From Marsupella aquatica (taxonomy: Eukaryota; Plantae; Marchantiophyta): 64,000 bases of DNA. The position numbers and the translations under genes were made by a program. The stretch lies in NCBI GenBank assembly GCA_973895155.1, contig OZ316892.1, forward strand, positions 22,545,168 to 22,609,167. The letters are read 5' to 3'. Of the stretch, positions 23,550 through 36,170 are shown piece after piece (within the stretch, counting starts at the first letter, position 1; the number at the start of each line of letters is the position of its first letter). The notes beneath the pieces are model-generated. The model was not told the DNA's origin. It was given only the letters and a program-made list of their open reading frames with translations, and searched no databases.

Positions 23550-24081
23550 TGTCATGCCGAGGGACAGTGCCTCTTATGCACATCGGCATGTCCCTCTCAT
23601 GCCCGCTAGGTATGTAGTTAGGGCTAGTGTACTACCTGAGTTAGCGACATGTTCTTGTAGCAAGTCTGGGCCGTTCTTGAAGCAAATGTGCTTGTTAGTG
23701 TGACACTAGGACTTTGCTTGCTTAGGGCATGTCTTTCTTTGTTGGTTTTTAGTTCTTCTTGAATCGTTGTTGACAGAGCTCAGACAATGTTCGTCAGTTC
23801 CGTACACGGGATTCACACAGTGATTCATTAGATGCTCCCGGCCGATCTTGGCATCCTGCCGATTTCGATTCGATTTCAGTACATTTGTTTCTCTTATGCC
23901 TTTTATATACAGAGGTTTACACCTCCACTACGTACATACCACTTCATTTGCTTTTTCTTGGCACTTGTGAATGTGATTGGACTTTTTCTATGCATGTTGG
24001 TTGCTAGCAGCTTGCACATATGCCTTGCGGGTGACTGTATGTTTTCGATACACTATGGCTTCGATACTATATGTCACGACA
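23550..24081 (+). repeat. Terminal repeats A2 (23550-23906) and B2 (23907-24081)
   Basis: A2 is a copy of the 5' end of the element and B2 is a copy of 23373-23547. Together they run TG...CA. Confidence 0.95.
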
Positions 24082-27000
24082 TCAAGTGCATGTGGGTGCA
24101 AAACATGCTAAACCACCCTGGGAAATTTCTGACCTTGGGCATGTTGTTACCATCACAATTTTCTATATGGTCTCATTTCAGGATTAGGGCTACCCTACAC
24201 ATTTCAACCATTAAAATTCTAGACGTAAGTAATGGACGATGAAGTCCTGAATAAATAGGCCTAGCAGAAGCACTCCAGCCCTAGGGAGCCATAGTACTCG
24301 GAGCTAGCAATTGAAGATGTCTCCGAAGAGAGCTCAGCCATTCGTGCGGAGCCACCATTGGAGTCACTAGGCAGAGCCATTTGCATCAACAAAAGTGGAT
24401 GCACAACATAGAGCGGGCTCAACTTTTATTAGCTCAGGGGTTCTTGAAGAAAGAGTGCCATTGGTGGAGTAGTGTTGAGCTAAGACATGTCACCATGGCA
24501 TGCACATGAACATCCAACAAACAAGTAGTCAACACAGAGAGATATGTGATTCATGTTCTTTGAGGCTACGTTCACCCAAATACCCCGGCAAACACATGAA
24601 AGCTTTACTACACTCTATACCCATTGGCCCTGGGGGGTCACTTCCACTGAAGTGACATTCACGTGCAACAAAGTTTAGAGTCATTTAAATGGTTTTGACG
24701 GAATACTTATTAAGTTTTCATTCAATGGAAATATATGGTTGTTTAATTTCAAAATGCATATGTGTCATCCCATGATTGGTGTTGTACAACATTATATATA
24801 GTGACTTAGAGGGGTCATAACTGACCCACACTTTGGCACATGATGTATGGCCCTCCATATAATGAACCGACCCACCCCTTCCCCCCCGGCCTTTTGAGCG
24901 TTGGCCATACCAAATCTTGGTAGCATAAGCCCTCTCTATCTCTCAACTGGCTCCGTCACAATGAGCTTGAGTTCCTCTTCCACAAGCAAACACTAATTGG
25001 ATATATAGGATGCAGCATGGCTAACCTAATTAAGTAGTCCACTAAGGTTAGCCTAATTGCAGCTACAGCCATAACCCTACACCTAAGAATAAATGCTTAA
25101 CAAGTAGGCCGGGTATGAGGCTTCTTGAATCAAAAATGGAGTGTTCACCCATGCACAGAACCAAGACTCCAAGTAATTCATGCAAGCATTTTTGTTTGAG
25201 GTGAAAATTGGGTAGATTCCACCTCTCCAAAAGTATTTGCGACTTTTGGCAAACTTTGGGTAGGTTTCCTAACTTCATTATCTTGTTGCACAGACCCATT
25301 AGCCAAAGTTTAATGATCATCCTTAGATCTAAGAAGATCTGACGGTCCACATAATCTAAGAAAATTAGAGAATGAATATTCTTAGCATCTTCTCCTCCAC
25401 ACAAGGGCGACACTTGCCACACCAACCAAAAACAAGAAATAATAGTAAGCTCGCTCATGCCATCAAGCTAGTAAATTGAAAAGTGGATGTCATCCAAGGT
25501 ATTTAAAGTTGGGATAATTCATTTGTCTGTTGAGCAAACCCAATACAGCAATTTTTTAATTTTATAAAACCGAAGTCTGTGAAATCCCACCTAAAAAGAA
25601 CACTCAGCCACAACATTTGAAGTTTGGATCTATGAATCTCAACTCAAGTGAGTTACAACACACACACATGCCTATCTAGGAGCCAACACAACAATTTGAA
25701 CAGGGATAATTAACTCCTGTGTTGGGCAAATCCAATACAAGAATTTGAGACTAACACAGCAAATTTGAAGATACAATAATAATACAATACTCCAGTCAAG
25801 AAAATTATTTGGTGGGATCCCACATAGAGCAAAACCATAAAGCCCGCACCACACAAGAACGTCGCGCAATACAGGATCCACCAAGAAAGGTTTTGAAATG
25901 TCTGCAACACCAAGAAGTTTTGAGCTGTGCAGGGTCTCACGAAGTAATTTCCAGTTTTGGGCTGTGTAGGGTCTCACCAGTAATTTCCTCTACTTACTTC
26001 ACTGGCAAACATAGATCATATCCACAATGGATACGATCTTATCTACGAGAAAAACTCTTCAGCATTTGGGGGATTGAATTTTTGGTTTGGGGGATTGAAT
26101 TTTTGGTGTGTAGGAGAGGACTGGGGCATTTCTAGGCTATATAATTAATGCTACTTATGTAAATGAAACAAAATTCTGTAGACCATTTTTCCTGCAGAAC
26201 ACCACACGGGAGTACGCTTCATATCTCGCTCGTGTGATCATTTACTGTTTGCCAAAATAACGTAGGAGTGTCTTAAAATACCCGTGACTTCAATCAGAGA
26301 ATCAACGGCCTAATGAGTCCCCAGAAGAAAGGGCATCACTTGGACCGTCGATTGGATCTCCCCCCACAGTAGCAAGCGAGCTCAGTTTAAGAACTCCCGC
26401 ACCCCGAGTGGAATATTGTCGCACTATTTATTACAGTAGCAAAGCCCGACCGCTGCCTCGGTAGTCACAAGTACGGTTCGTACCTGACCCCACGGGGCAC
26501 GGGCTACAGGGTCCGAGCCCAGACAAGATTGATGACGCTGAGTTAAATGAGCGTCACGCTTCATACGAATCCGACGGCGCTAAATGCATATTTCTTCAAC
26601 CCGCCTCTGCATCGGGCGGCACAGATGAACCGGTCAACTGAACCCGCACGACGCCTCGTTACATCTTAACTCGACATCCCCTGCCCGACGGGCGGTCGGT
26701 CGTCTTTAAGGACAAAACCACTGCTCCGCTCATTTAGGGCCCTTTATGAAGGGATGGTGCCTTACATACCGTAGTAACTAGTAAGTGCCGCCGTGACCAG
26801 AGGCAGAGGAAGCAGAGCAGGCAGAGGACGAGGCGAGGGCTCCAGACTACAGAGCCCCCGGGTCCAGGCGTACAGGTACAGAGTGTGCCAAATACGGTAC
26901 TCCAGTGCAGAACAGAGCAGAGCAGCGCTGAGGCGGAACAGAGGAACAGAGGCATTGCACCAGACGAACAGAGTCGTATGTTATTACTACTGTACTGTGG

Positions 27001-27895
27001 ACGCAATGACGAGAGGAGAATGGTACGCAGAGACGGAGTGATTGCGTCCCTGGCTGCCCTGCCTCGAGGGGAGCACCGGGATCTTGGCTCTGGGTTGCGT
27101 TGTGTGTTTGCATTGCAATTCGAAGCGAAGCGGACTTGCGACGGCAATTGTTCATTGCCGGCCATGCAATTCAGTAGCGTGATTAGCAGCTGCGCAATGC
27201 GAAGAAAAAGCGGAATTGGAATGGGGGCCCGAAAGCCGCGATCTCGCAGGCAAGGAAGGGAGGGCGAGTGGGGCAGTTCCGAGGCGAATGCACAATCATA
27301 GCGCCCGAGGCCGAGGACAAGAGTGACGGGAGCCAGGGACGGAGGGAGGGAGAGGAGGGAAGGCAAGGCGGTGGAGGAGGTTTGGCTGTTTGTGTGCGTG
27401 TGATGCGACGCTCATTATAATATACAATAATCTCTCGTCTGCTCTGCCGGTGCAGTTTTTGCTTTGCCAGGGTCAATAATCAATTGAGTAAAATGGAGAG
27501 AAATATTTGGTTCAGAAAATATCATTTCAAAGAGAGGGAGGGAGAGATTTGGTTCAATAGAATACCAATTTAGGCCTGGGAGAGGGAGAATTGGCACAGA
27601 AGATGAGCACCGCCGAGAGCGGGACCGTCGGGAAGGGAGATGGGGTTGGAGCGGGCCCCGCTTTGAGGGAAAGGGGCCGAGGCGACGGTGTAGGTGTGGG
27701 GATGTGTCATCAAAGGAGGTCGAGAACGTCATGTTAGCAGAAGAGGATGTGAGCGGAGCAGCATTTGGGGCTGATTGATGAATGAACGAGGAAGAACTGA
27801 AGGAGGCTGGCTGTGGCTGCTGTGCTTGTTGCCTGGGAGAAATTCATAGCACATGAACATAGGAGCAGAGTATGAACGAACAAGTAGAGCACAGA

Positions 27896-27900
<5 letters not shown>

Positions 27901-27936
<36 letters not shown>
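27901..27936. repeat. (AG)18 microsatellite in the probable promoter/5' UTR of the F-box gene
   Basis: Perfect AG dinucleotide run. Confidence 0.9.
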
Positions 27937-27940
<4 letters not shown>

Positions 27941-29889
27941 AGTAGAGTTGAGGTCACACGTGTATCTGGTCTGATCTTTGATCTTCCAGCAGCGAGAGAG
28001 GGAGTGATTGGGGATATGGGTCTTTCATCACGTGAAGAAAGGGGGATTGTGATTTGAGTGTGGCTCAGTGGCTGTGTCACTTTGTGCAGTACGGCGAAAA
28101 ACTGGCAGAAGTGTTGAGAGAGCGCTATTGCGTTGGTCATGGAGGATAGAGTCTGCAGCAGTCCGTCTGTCTGAGCCGTCCTCCTCTCGAACGGCCACCC
28201 GGTGTTGTGTGGTGTGGTGGGCTAAGCGAGCGAGCGAGCGAGAGCACGCACGCACTCAATCCATCTATCAATCAATCAGGGAAGCTGGGTTCCGGTCGGC
28301 TTGTACCGTAGAATTGATGTATGTCCCTGTAGTCCAGTAAGCCACACACTCCCCTCCCGTGCTTCTTTTGTGATTGAAATACGCGTCCGTATCTGGGCAA
28401 CGTGAGGGTACACCGACCGATCTTGGAGTCACTCACTTGCTGCTGCTGTTGTACCCGAACCGAAAGTTGAATAGAATCGGAAGGATCTGGCTGGTGGGAC
28501 GCGCGTCCCTTCGCAGGAGCAGAGGACTTGACTGGACTGGACTGGACTGCTTTGCCTTGAGGGATCTGCCGCTAGGTACGACGCGATCACTGCTAGATCA
28601 AGACGCAACGTGATAGATTGATTGATACGCGCGACGCTGCAACTGAATGTAGTATCGGTTTTGACTTGCAGAAAGGATCTGCTCTGCTTCTGCAACACCA
28701 GAATCGAGCATTCTGTGGTAGGTTCTTACTTTCTCCGGTGCATATCTATGTCGCGCTGCTGCTGTCGTCGGTTAGGGGCTGTGCTGCGGGTTCTGCAGCA
28801 GAGGCCATCTTTCTTGCCAGATAACGTGAAGGAATTCACCACAATCGCAGTGTTGGTGAGTATTCTTCTTCACCCTTTCATTCAGTCAGCTTCTGTTCTT
28901 GATATATCCATCCATCTCGCCCACTCAAGAGAGGAATAGAGAGTAGAAGCCGAAATAGTATTCCACACCGGTGATGGTTGGGATTACTGGTATCTATCAG
29001 TTCGTGATACTCTGTTTTGGATGTGTCCTGAGAGGGACAAGAATGGCATCCGTAGAATAGAATCTGTCTATTGTGAAGTGTTCGAATAGTCAGTCAGTCA
29101 TGGAGCCGGTCCATCAAGCCGTTCTTCTCAGTATGACGGTGTGCTCCGATGTCATTCGTTAGTTTTGAGCATTACAATGAATTTCCTCGAGTGGGTGGGT
29201 GTTTAAGTACATTTGGGTAGTGGATGAAGTTATCTCTCCTGTGCGCCTGCACCATCTGTCAGTAGTTGTGCTCTCCTACCGATTGTAGCGGCTTCTCAAG
29301 GGCCGTTAGACTTTGTAATGCTGTAGTGGCTGGAGACGGTTGTGTTTTGTCGTTGTCCATGACCTTGGTACATTCGAGGGTATGAGATCGGGATTTGCAA
29401 GAGCTGACTCTTGGAGGAGTCAGTGAGCTCTGGGAAGCTACCAGATTATTGGGTGAATTTTGGAGTAATTATTTGACAAATTTGATTGTATTTCGGTTTG
29501 TGCTGCTGCGTAAGGCAGCAAGCAAAGCCCCCCTCGGAATGCTGGTTGAATGTAGTAATCAGGTCGAGGCAGAACTTTAGCTGGGTGTAAGATTTCAAAC
29601 TGCGAAAAGAGGATGAACATTTGGCACGTCAGTCAAAAGAGAGCTGAAGAACTCTGAGGAGCTGGATGGCGTGATTTATCGGCTACATTTGCGAACGGCA
29701 ATTTGGCCACCGAGGAGCTAAAGGCCGTGATTGATTGACTGCATTTGGGACGGCAAATTTCTTCTCACTGAAATGAATCAATAAAGTAGCAGCTGAGTCG
29801 TGTTTGCTGTATGTGTGCGTGGTGGCTGACTCAACAGGTGACACGAAGTAGAAGCGAGTATTGGCGGGATTCGACTGTCGGGAGATAAG

Positions 29890-31077
29890 ATGAGACAGAC
29901 AGACAGAGAGACAACAATGAGGGAAGTGCTCCTCATCGATGGTGAACATACAGAAGATCAAATGATGGATTCGTCCCTTTGGGGTAGTTTGCCCGACCAT
30001 CTGGTGGAGAAAATTCTGTCCCGACTTCCAGTCCAAAGCTTCTCTCGCTTCAGAACCGTTTGCAAAAGCTGGAACGAACTAGTCCACTCTCGGAGCTTCC
30101 TCAAAGCCTGCGAAAATGTCCCATCAGCGGGACCTTGGTTCCTCGTCTTTACAGGTGACAAGAACAAGACCGAACCGACCTACGACCCCTCTCTAGATAA
30201 ATGGCATCGGATACGCCTCCCATCCCTCCCTCTCCAGTTCGACCCTTTTATCATGTCATCCGATGGGGGACTGATCTGTTACTACACCTTCGAAGGTTTC
30301 GTCGTGGTTCTGAACCCCTTGACCAAGGCCTGCCGCTCCCTTCCTCCCATGGAGGCCTCTCTGGCCTGCGTTCACATGATATGTATGGTGACAGACAGGG
30401 CAACAAAGAGCTATCAGGTCTTCGTGGCAGGCAGGGCAAGGAACGAGGAGGGAATGTACATCATTGAAGTGGAAGTTTATGACTCTTGTAACGATTCGTG
30501 GTACAGCGTAGGCAATTTGTCCTCGAAGATTAGCATCATCCGGAACCAAGGAGGGCGAGGGGCCGTTTATGCCAGTGGATGTGTTCATGTCATTTGTTAC
30601 GATGAGCCGAAGGGTTTACTGGCCTACAGCTTAGATGACCACGTCTGGACTCGGATTGCCACTCCGCTTCCGGAGTCCGTTTCTTATGAGGAGTTGGTGC
30701 AGTGGCGAGAACGGATTTTCATGGTTGGTGGTCGGGAAGATGGTGACTTGATCGCCAGTATCTGCATTTGGGAGCTTCACACTGCCAGCTGGGAGTGGAT
30801 TCTGGTTGACAAAATGCCGGACGATCTGTTCCAGGATTTCTTCCTGCCTGATGAAGCGGACGACGTCTCGCTAAGCTGCACGGGCTGTGGGAATTTAATT
30901 CTTCTTCTCTCTACGAAAGCAACTGTGGACTGCTCTGGCCCACACCGGCATGTCCTGTACGACTTTGAAAAGAGACAGTGGACGATGGTGCAAGGGTACG
31001 CACCGGATGAACACATCATGGGGTCGGGTAGCTCCGAGGCCATCGGATATGAACCTCGTCTGGATGCCGTTGTCTGA
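29890..31077 (+). CDS. F-box protein with kelch/beta-propeller-like C-terminus (single coding exon, about 395 aa)
   Basis: F-box LWGSLPDHLVEKILSRLPVQSFSRFRTVCKSWNELV, followed by YDPSLDKW, SDGGLIC, VLNPLTKACRSLPPM, EVYDSCNDSW and a C-terminal YEPRLDA typical of plant F-box/kelch proteins. The start could be a downstream Met. Confidence 0.92.
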   Translation: MRQTDRETTMREVLLIDGEHTEDQMMDSSLWGSLPDHLVEKILSRLPVQSFSRFRTVCKSWNELVHSRSFLKACENVPSAGPWFLVFTGDKNKTEPTYDPSLDKWHRIRLPSLPLQFDPFIMSSDGGLICYYTFEGFVVVLNPLTKACRSLPPMEASLACVHMICMVTDRATKSYQVFVAGRARNEEGMYIIEVEVYDSCNDSWYSVGNLSSKISIIRNQGGRGAVYASGCVHVICYDEPKGLLAYSLDDHVWTRIATPLPESVSYEELVQWRERIFMVGGREDGDLIASICIWELHTASWEWILVDKMPDDLFQDFFLPDEADDVSLSCTGCGNLILLLSTKATVDCSGPHRHVLYDFEKRQWTMVQGYAPDEHIMGSGSSEAIGYEPRLDAVV

Positions 31078-34000
31078 GATGGACTGCTCTGACTATCCCT
31101 AACCTGAGAAAGTTGTGAAGGTTAAGCTACAGCAACGCTTGCACCGTGACCCTGATCAGAGCAGGAGCTTTCTATCTCGTTTCCTTTGCGATCCAGATTA
31201 TGATCCGAGACAAAATTTCGCTTCTGTTCTACGTTCTCTTCCTCTTCTCCTCCTGGTTGGAAAATTCTAGTTTTGTTTTAAGTCCAATCAACAACGACCA
31301 CATGAGAAGGTGGAAGTTCCGAGCATATTTTCCCTCACAGCTGTCTTTGCAAAACAGCCAACGTACAGATCACCCCGCTAGGGCGGAGAGAAGTATAAGT
31401 CATTGAACAACCAACCATCGTCAAAAGTCAACGATACTCTTCAGGGGCAATTACAGTAAGTGAGATATGCGTGTACTGTATAGTGAAATGGAATTTTCAG
31501 TGCGAACAATTCTCAGCTCGGCTAGGATAATGGGTGCACAGCCCACCTTTGTCTTGTGGGCGTCTACCTGCGTGTATTTATTTGAGTCCATTTTCTCCGT
31601 TTATGTTAATGTGGATTGAGTATATTCTCCTCTAGATCTCTAGTACAGCAGTCAACTGTTTGTTCTTTTATCATCGATAGTTTTCTCGAGTAGATGCTTC
31701 AATAGTCCCTACAAATGGGGGGATCCAATGAACAGGGTGGTGGTAATATTCTCGGTTAGAAAGATGTCCATAGCGTTCTTGAACCTATGGTGAGTAGATC
31801 TTAGTTTTTTGTGGAAAACCTTATCACGGATAGTTTACTCGTGAAAAGCATAAATCTTCTGAAATTTCACTTATTGAAGCTTATATCTCAATGATCTGCT
31901 TTCACCTGGTCTCTACACGCAAATCACATTCACATTTTCAGCTCAGTCCCAACATTTCATCCACCTGGAAGTTTTTTGTATGGCCCATTGTCGTGTTGTT
32001 AGAAAAGCCAGAATGCTCAGGACAGTCTCGTCTGTGCGGGCTCTCTGAACACCCACCATCTCCGACGCAGCAATGGTCGTAATCAATCTTGTCACTTGAG
32101 GAAGACTTCTTTGGATCTGGGAATGCCTCAAGTTGGACAATGTTGGACACAATACATATGATCACGAGCGAAAGACCTCTAAGATGTCAAAGAACATTTT
32201 CAAATTCATTTTTGTGACTTGTGAAGTACATATATTGTTCTAGAGAGAATGCGCACCTAAAACAGAAACAACATCCAAACAACAAATCACGCCGATCAAG
32301 AAGGTCAGGTCAAGGACGTCCTTCCAATAGCAGTCTTCCAGAAAGCCAAACGAAATTGAAGGTCGTTTCACTCAGTATTTCTGTGTCCAACGAAGTCCAC
32401 TGCATCGTTCGAGAGAGAAAGTGCACACCTCCACAGCGACAACAGATAATGCACCACACTAGTTTCTTTGTCTGAGGACTGAAACAAGAAGAGAAAGAAG
32501 GGGAAATCATGAAAACTCCACTCGTTTCCAGCACTGTTCCAATCAGGAAAAGACAAGAAACATTCACACAGCAATGCTTCCTCGTGATACCAGATCATCG
32601 GACTTTGACCCAAAACCTCAGTTCTTGGTCGCATCTTCGGAGAAAACTTAGAGTCTCGTCCACGATGTGATGTCAGACCAGACATTCTTGGAACTCAGTC
32701 TTCACTGTCAAAAAGCATCTTGATTTCATGGTAAAGGTTCTCGACACTTTCGTTCGAATGTTCTCTCTGACAGCATCAATGCTTTGGCTCATCCCTACCT
32801 TGGCCATTTCCTGAAGATCATTGTGCAGTTTGGTTTTTACATGGACACCTTTCTGCCTTGGACCTTCGTGGGTGAGCAGGTCTCCCATCAAAGAGATGTG
32901 GTTTCCATGATTGATTGGTATAAACTTAAATACCCCCAGTTGTGGTTTAAGCAGTAAGCGAGACCTCACTTAGGATTGTGGGATTAAATCCTAACTATGG
33001 GTTTCTTCTCTTCATAAGTACTCATATGAGTTTGCATGAAATTAACATTGATTATACCCTGCAAAGCCAACTGAAAACCAGACCCTTGGCAATTATTTGA
33101 TGTTTTATGTTTGTTGCATATGCTATGGAGGAACCCTCGCATCAAAACATTATGTTTTTCAATGTATGTTAAATAGTCAGACCTGATCTTGTAACCTGCT
33201 TGGAGCTTTACATCCAAGTTTTAATAATATGGCGGGTAAAGTGATGACAACTGTTTCAAGCAAATTTGGCATTTCTATTGTACTGCATAAGGAGTTGACA
33301 AGTGTTATGTTATACACTATTACAGATGAGGATAGATGTCACCAAAAGAGTGTATGATGTCTTTGCCTGTTGATAGTGCCCAAAAAGATGTTCTTATCCT
33401 TTCAGACTCTACCATCTTTGCGCAATTTTTTTGTCTTGTGTATTCATGTAGACATACCCTCTGGTGAGGTAAATCATGTATCTTTTGTGTCGGCTCCTAG
33501 TGTATTAGTTCTATGTTGCACATGTGCATGTTGTCTTATGAGTGATGATAATTTTGCTCAACAAGGGAAACCCTTCTTATTATAACTAAAAGAAGTGTTT
33601 ACATCACCCACTTCAAGCCCATGCATGCTGTCATACCAACCTTGGTCATCATTCTGGATGGCAGATTAGACCCAATGACCCGCTCAGTGTCCTGTGTCCA
33701 GGGATAGTAAACCAATGAGCCTTCTTGACAAATTGAGTTGCAACACACTTTTGGGTTTCTCTTGTGCCATTCTATCAAGTCCAAATGGTTCTTCATAAGA
33801 AAGAAAATAATCATCTACTATGGGGCAAATTGCCATGGTGGCCAGACATGCTCAGACTATTTGTTCATTGCATGGGAATGTAGAGACGTAAGTAAATCCT
33901 TCACAAAGAAATATACAATATCACCTATATTTCTTTTTGTGACATTTTGTTCAAATCCATTTCTTCCTCACCCAAGTTTTTTTGGTTGGGGCTTTTTGAA

Positions 34001-35389
34001 CGGGACCAGATTGTTTGAGACGGGAGAAGAATGATGGTTGGACAATTAATAATGATTATTTGGACAGCTTTTCTTTTCCTACTGACCCGCACCAACTCTA
34101 GTTTCTAGCCACAGCAACCCATTTCTACTTCAAGCCAATTATCCACCTTTTTTTGTTTTTGGAAGCGGAGTCCAAACACACACTTCAATTAACTATGAAG
34201 AAATGTTTTTTTCCATGGAATTGTTTCCATTTGCACTACACCCACCATGCAAATAAATAGTATATCCAATTGGGGGACCAAGGAGACCTAACTCACCTGC
34301 TTTGCTACTTTTTCACCTGCTTTGCTGCCTCCTCTTCAGTTGTTTTTGGGTGGGGGAGGTGGAACTGAAACCCCAACCAAGAGTACAAGCCACAGCCCAT
34401 TGCCAGCTTGGGCAAGGGGAAAACCCTGCCTATCATTGCAAGGAGAGATAGCTAGAACACCTAAGACCACTCGCAAAAGTCAGCAAGAAAGCTAGACCCC
34501 TGTCTATGGATCGTAAAGTAAACTTCAACCCCAAACACCTCGGCCAAGCATCCTAAATTTGATTATTGCCATGTAGAAAGCCTACCATAGCGCCTTCCTA
34601 GTTCGTGCAATCAAAAAGTAATAATTTCATGCCCGACGAAAAGAATATTTTCATTGGGGTTCCGTGTCAAACCTCAAAAGAAGAATGTTATGTAAATTTT
34701 AATAAAATCGTAAGCATCTGGGTGTAAACATTGACTTTTCAATGTAGACTTTATTCTTATAATAATAAAATGAAAAAGGAAGGATAATATTCCGATCCGA
34801 ATGGTGGGGCTCACTGCATGACAGTTCTGTAGCCTTGTGGCCCATACATATAAGTCTTATCGTGAGGAGAATGCTTTATTAGTTGAGCTCAAGGAATCTA
34901 ACGGTGGACCTTGAGCTTACATTGGATTGGGGTTGAGCCCAGAAAATGACTATACTGAGCGCACTACGTAATTCATGGGACCAATGAGGTCGTTAAAGAA
35001 TTAGTATTAAATTATTATTGTTCGAGGGGGGGTGGTGGTGTGTTACTGGTACACGGGATTTCTTTTTCACTAGTATTTACCGAGGGTCTCTTTTATAAAA
35101 CAAGAGAGAAGAACAGAATGAGGGGAGATTATATGACTTCATCGGAGTTAATTGCCTTGGAAAATCAATAATCATATATCTGTCCAAATAATCATATATC
35201 TCCATCATAGATCCATATGTATTTTAATTCTGCAAATGTTTTGTTAAAATGTGTTACTTTGATCCTTGTATTCAAGTTAAATATCAAGATAAATTGATTT
35301 TTCATACATAAGGGACACTTAAATCTTCCCAGAGAGGCATGGGTGTGTGTAGCTCACTTGAGTAGTCACTCATAGGGAGGCTTGTCAAA

Positions 35390-36170
35390 AAACATTTACA
35401 TGACAGACCCCTACTAAGCTTTTGCTACAAACTAGGCCCCCCACAAAAATGCGAGCAAAAATGTTCTTACAAACTACGCCCCCTATATAGGTTCCATACA
35501 CATGGTTCTTATGTGATGCCTAATTGCATCCATGGTCAACTGTACATTTTCCACACCAATCCATCACGCGCCGCGTCGCAGTGTATAAAATTTAGTCTAG
35601 TGCTTGCAGGCTAGCAAAACTTTCTGGTATGATTGACTCCACGGTGTCTTTGTTTCACACTTGGACAATTTTTGAAAGTTGCAATAAAGAAATACAACCA
35701 AGAGTAAAAGATCCTTGGTTCCTTCCATACTTAGACAAATTTGGGGTCTAGATGTGAGAAGACAACATCCGTGACATTGTCTTTGTTCCACACTTGAAAA
35801 TATTTTGAAAGTTGCAGTAGGGACCAATGGCCAAAAGTGGAGGATTCATTCAATACATAGCAAAAGAACAAAGAGAACCATCAAACGATCATGCAAACCC
35901 TATGCAACCGAAAGATGGATGGTATGGTAAAAGTTCAAATCTGAAGACATGAATTATATTGTCTTCACTTAGAAACTTGCACTTTGCCCGATGGCCGCCA
36001 TTACTCCACGGTTCCCCCAAGAGTGTAGTTTGTCATTCAGCATGGTTTGACTTAAAACTGTACAGTAGCTAAAACTCCTTATAAGAACTTTACAAGAATG
36101 TCTGACGCAAAAGTGTTAGAGGGGGCCTAGTTTTGTAACAAAAAATTCATAAGGGCCTACCACCTAAATT
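35390..36170. mobile_element. Degenerate inverted-repeat-bounded relic (possible old DNA transposon)
   Basis: TTTTGCTACAAACTAGGCCCCC (~35419-35440) is inverted relative to GGGGGCCTAGTTTTGTAACAAAA (~36121-36143), with weaker similarity on both sides. No TSD identified. Confidence 0.4.

Larger units (their letters stand above)
14530..24081 (+). mobile_element. Ty3/Gypsy-like retrotransposon with DNMT3-like methyltransferase, integrase-PHD and split direct terminal repeats; full length but mutationally inactivated
   Basis: Begins TGTCATG and ends CACGACA (near-perfect terminal inverted 7-mer). Flanked by TCAA (14526-14529 and 24082-24085). Domain order is gag-PR-DNMT-RT-RNaseH-INT-PHD. Confidence 0.93.

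Noticed and set aside
14530-24081. Classification as a DIRS/Ngaro tyrosine-recombinase element because of the split repeats and methyltransferase
   Set aside because: No tyrosine recombinase motifs seen. It has a protease, an HHCC-DDE integrase, TG...CA ends and a TSD, and the methyltransferase is C5-cytosine type rather than the DAM-like domain of DIRS.
23298-24242. Duplicated hydrophobic ORFs after the integrase
   Set aside because: They are translations of the T-rich B terminal repeat, with no evidence of coding function.
26734-28939. Several 100-210 aa ORFs on both strands
   Set aside because: GC-rich, low-complexity promoter/5' UTR sequence upstream of the F-box gene, with no recognisable domain.
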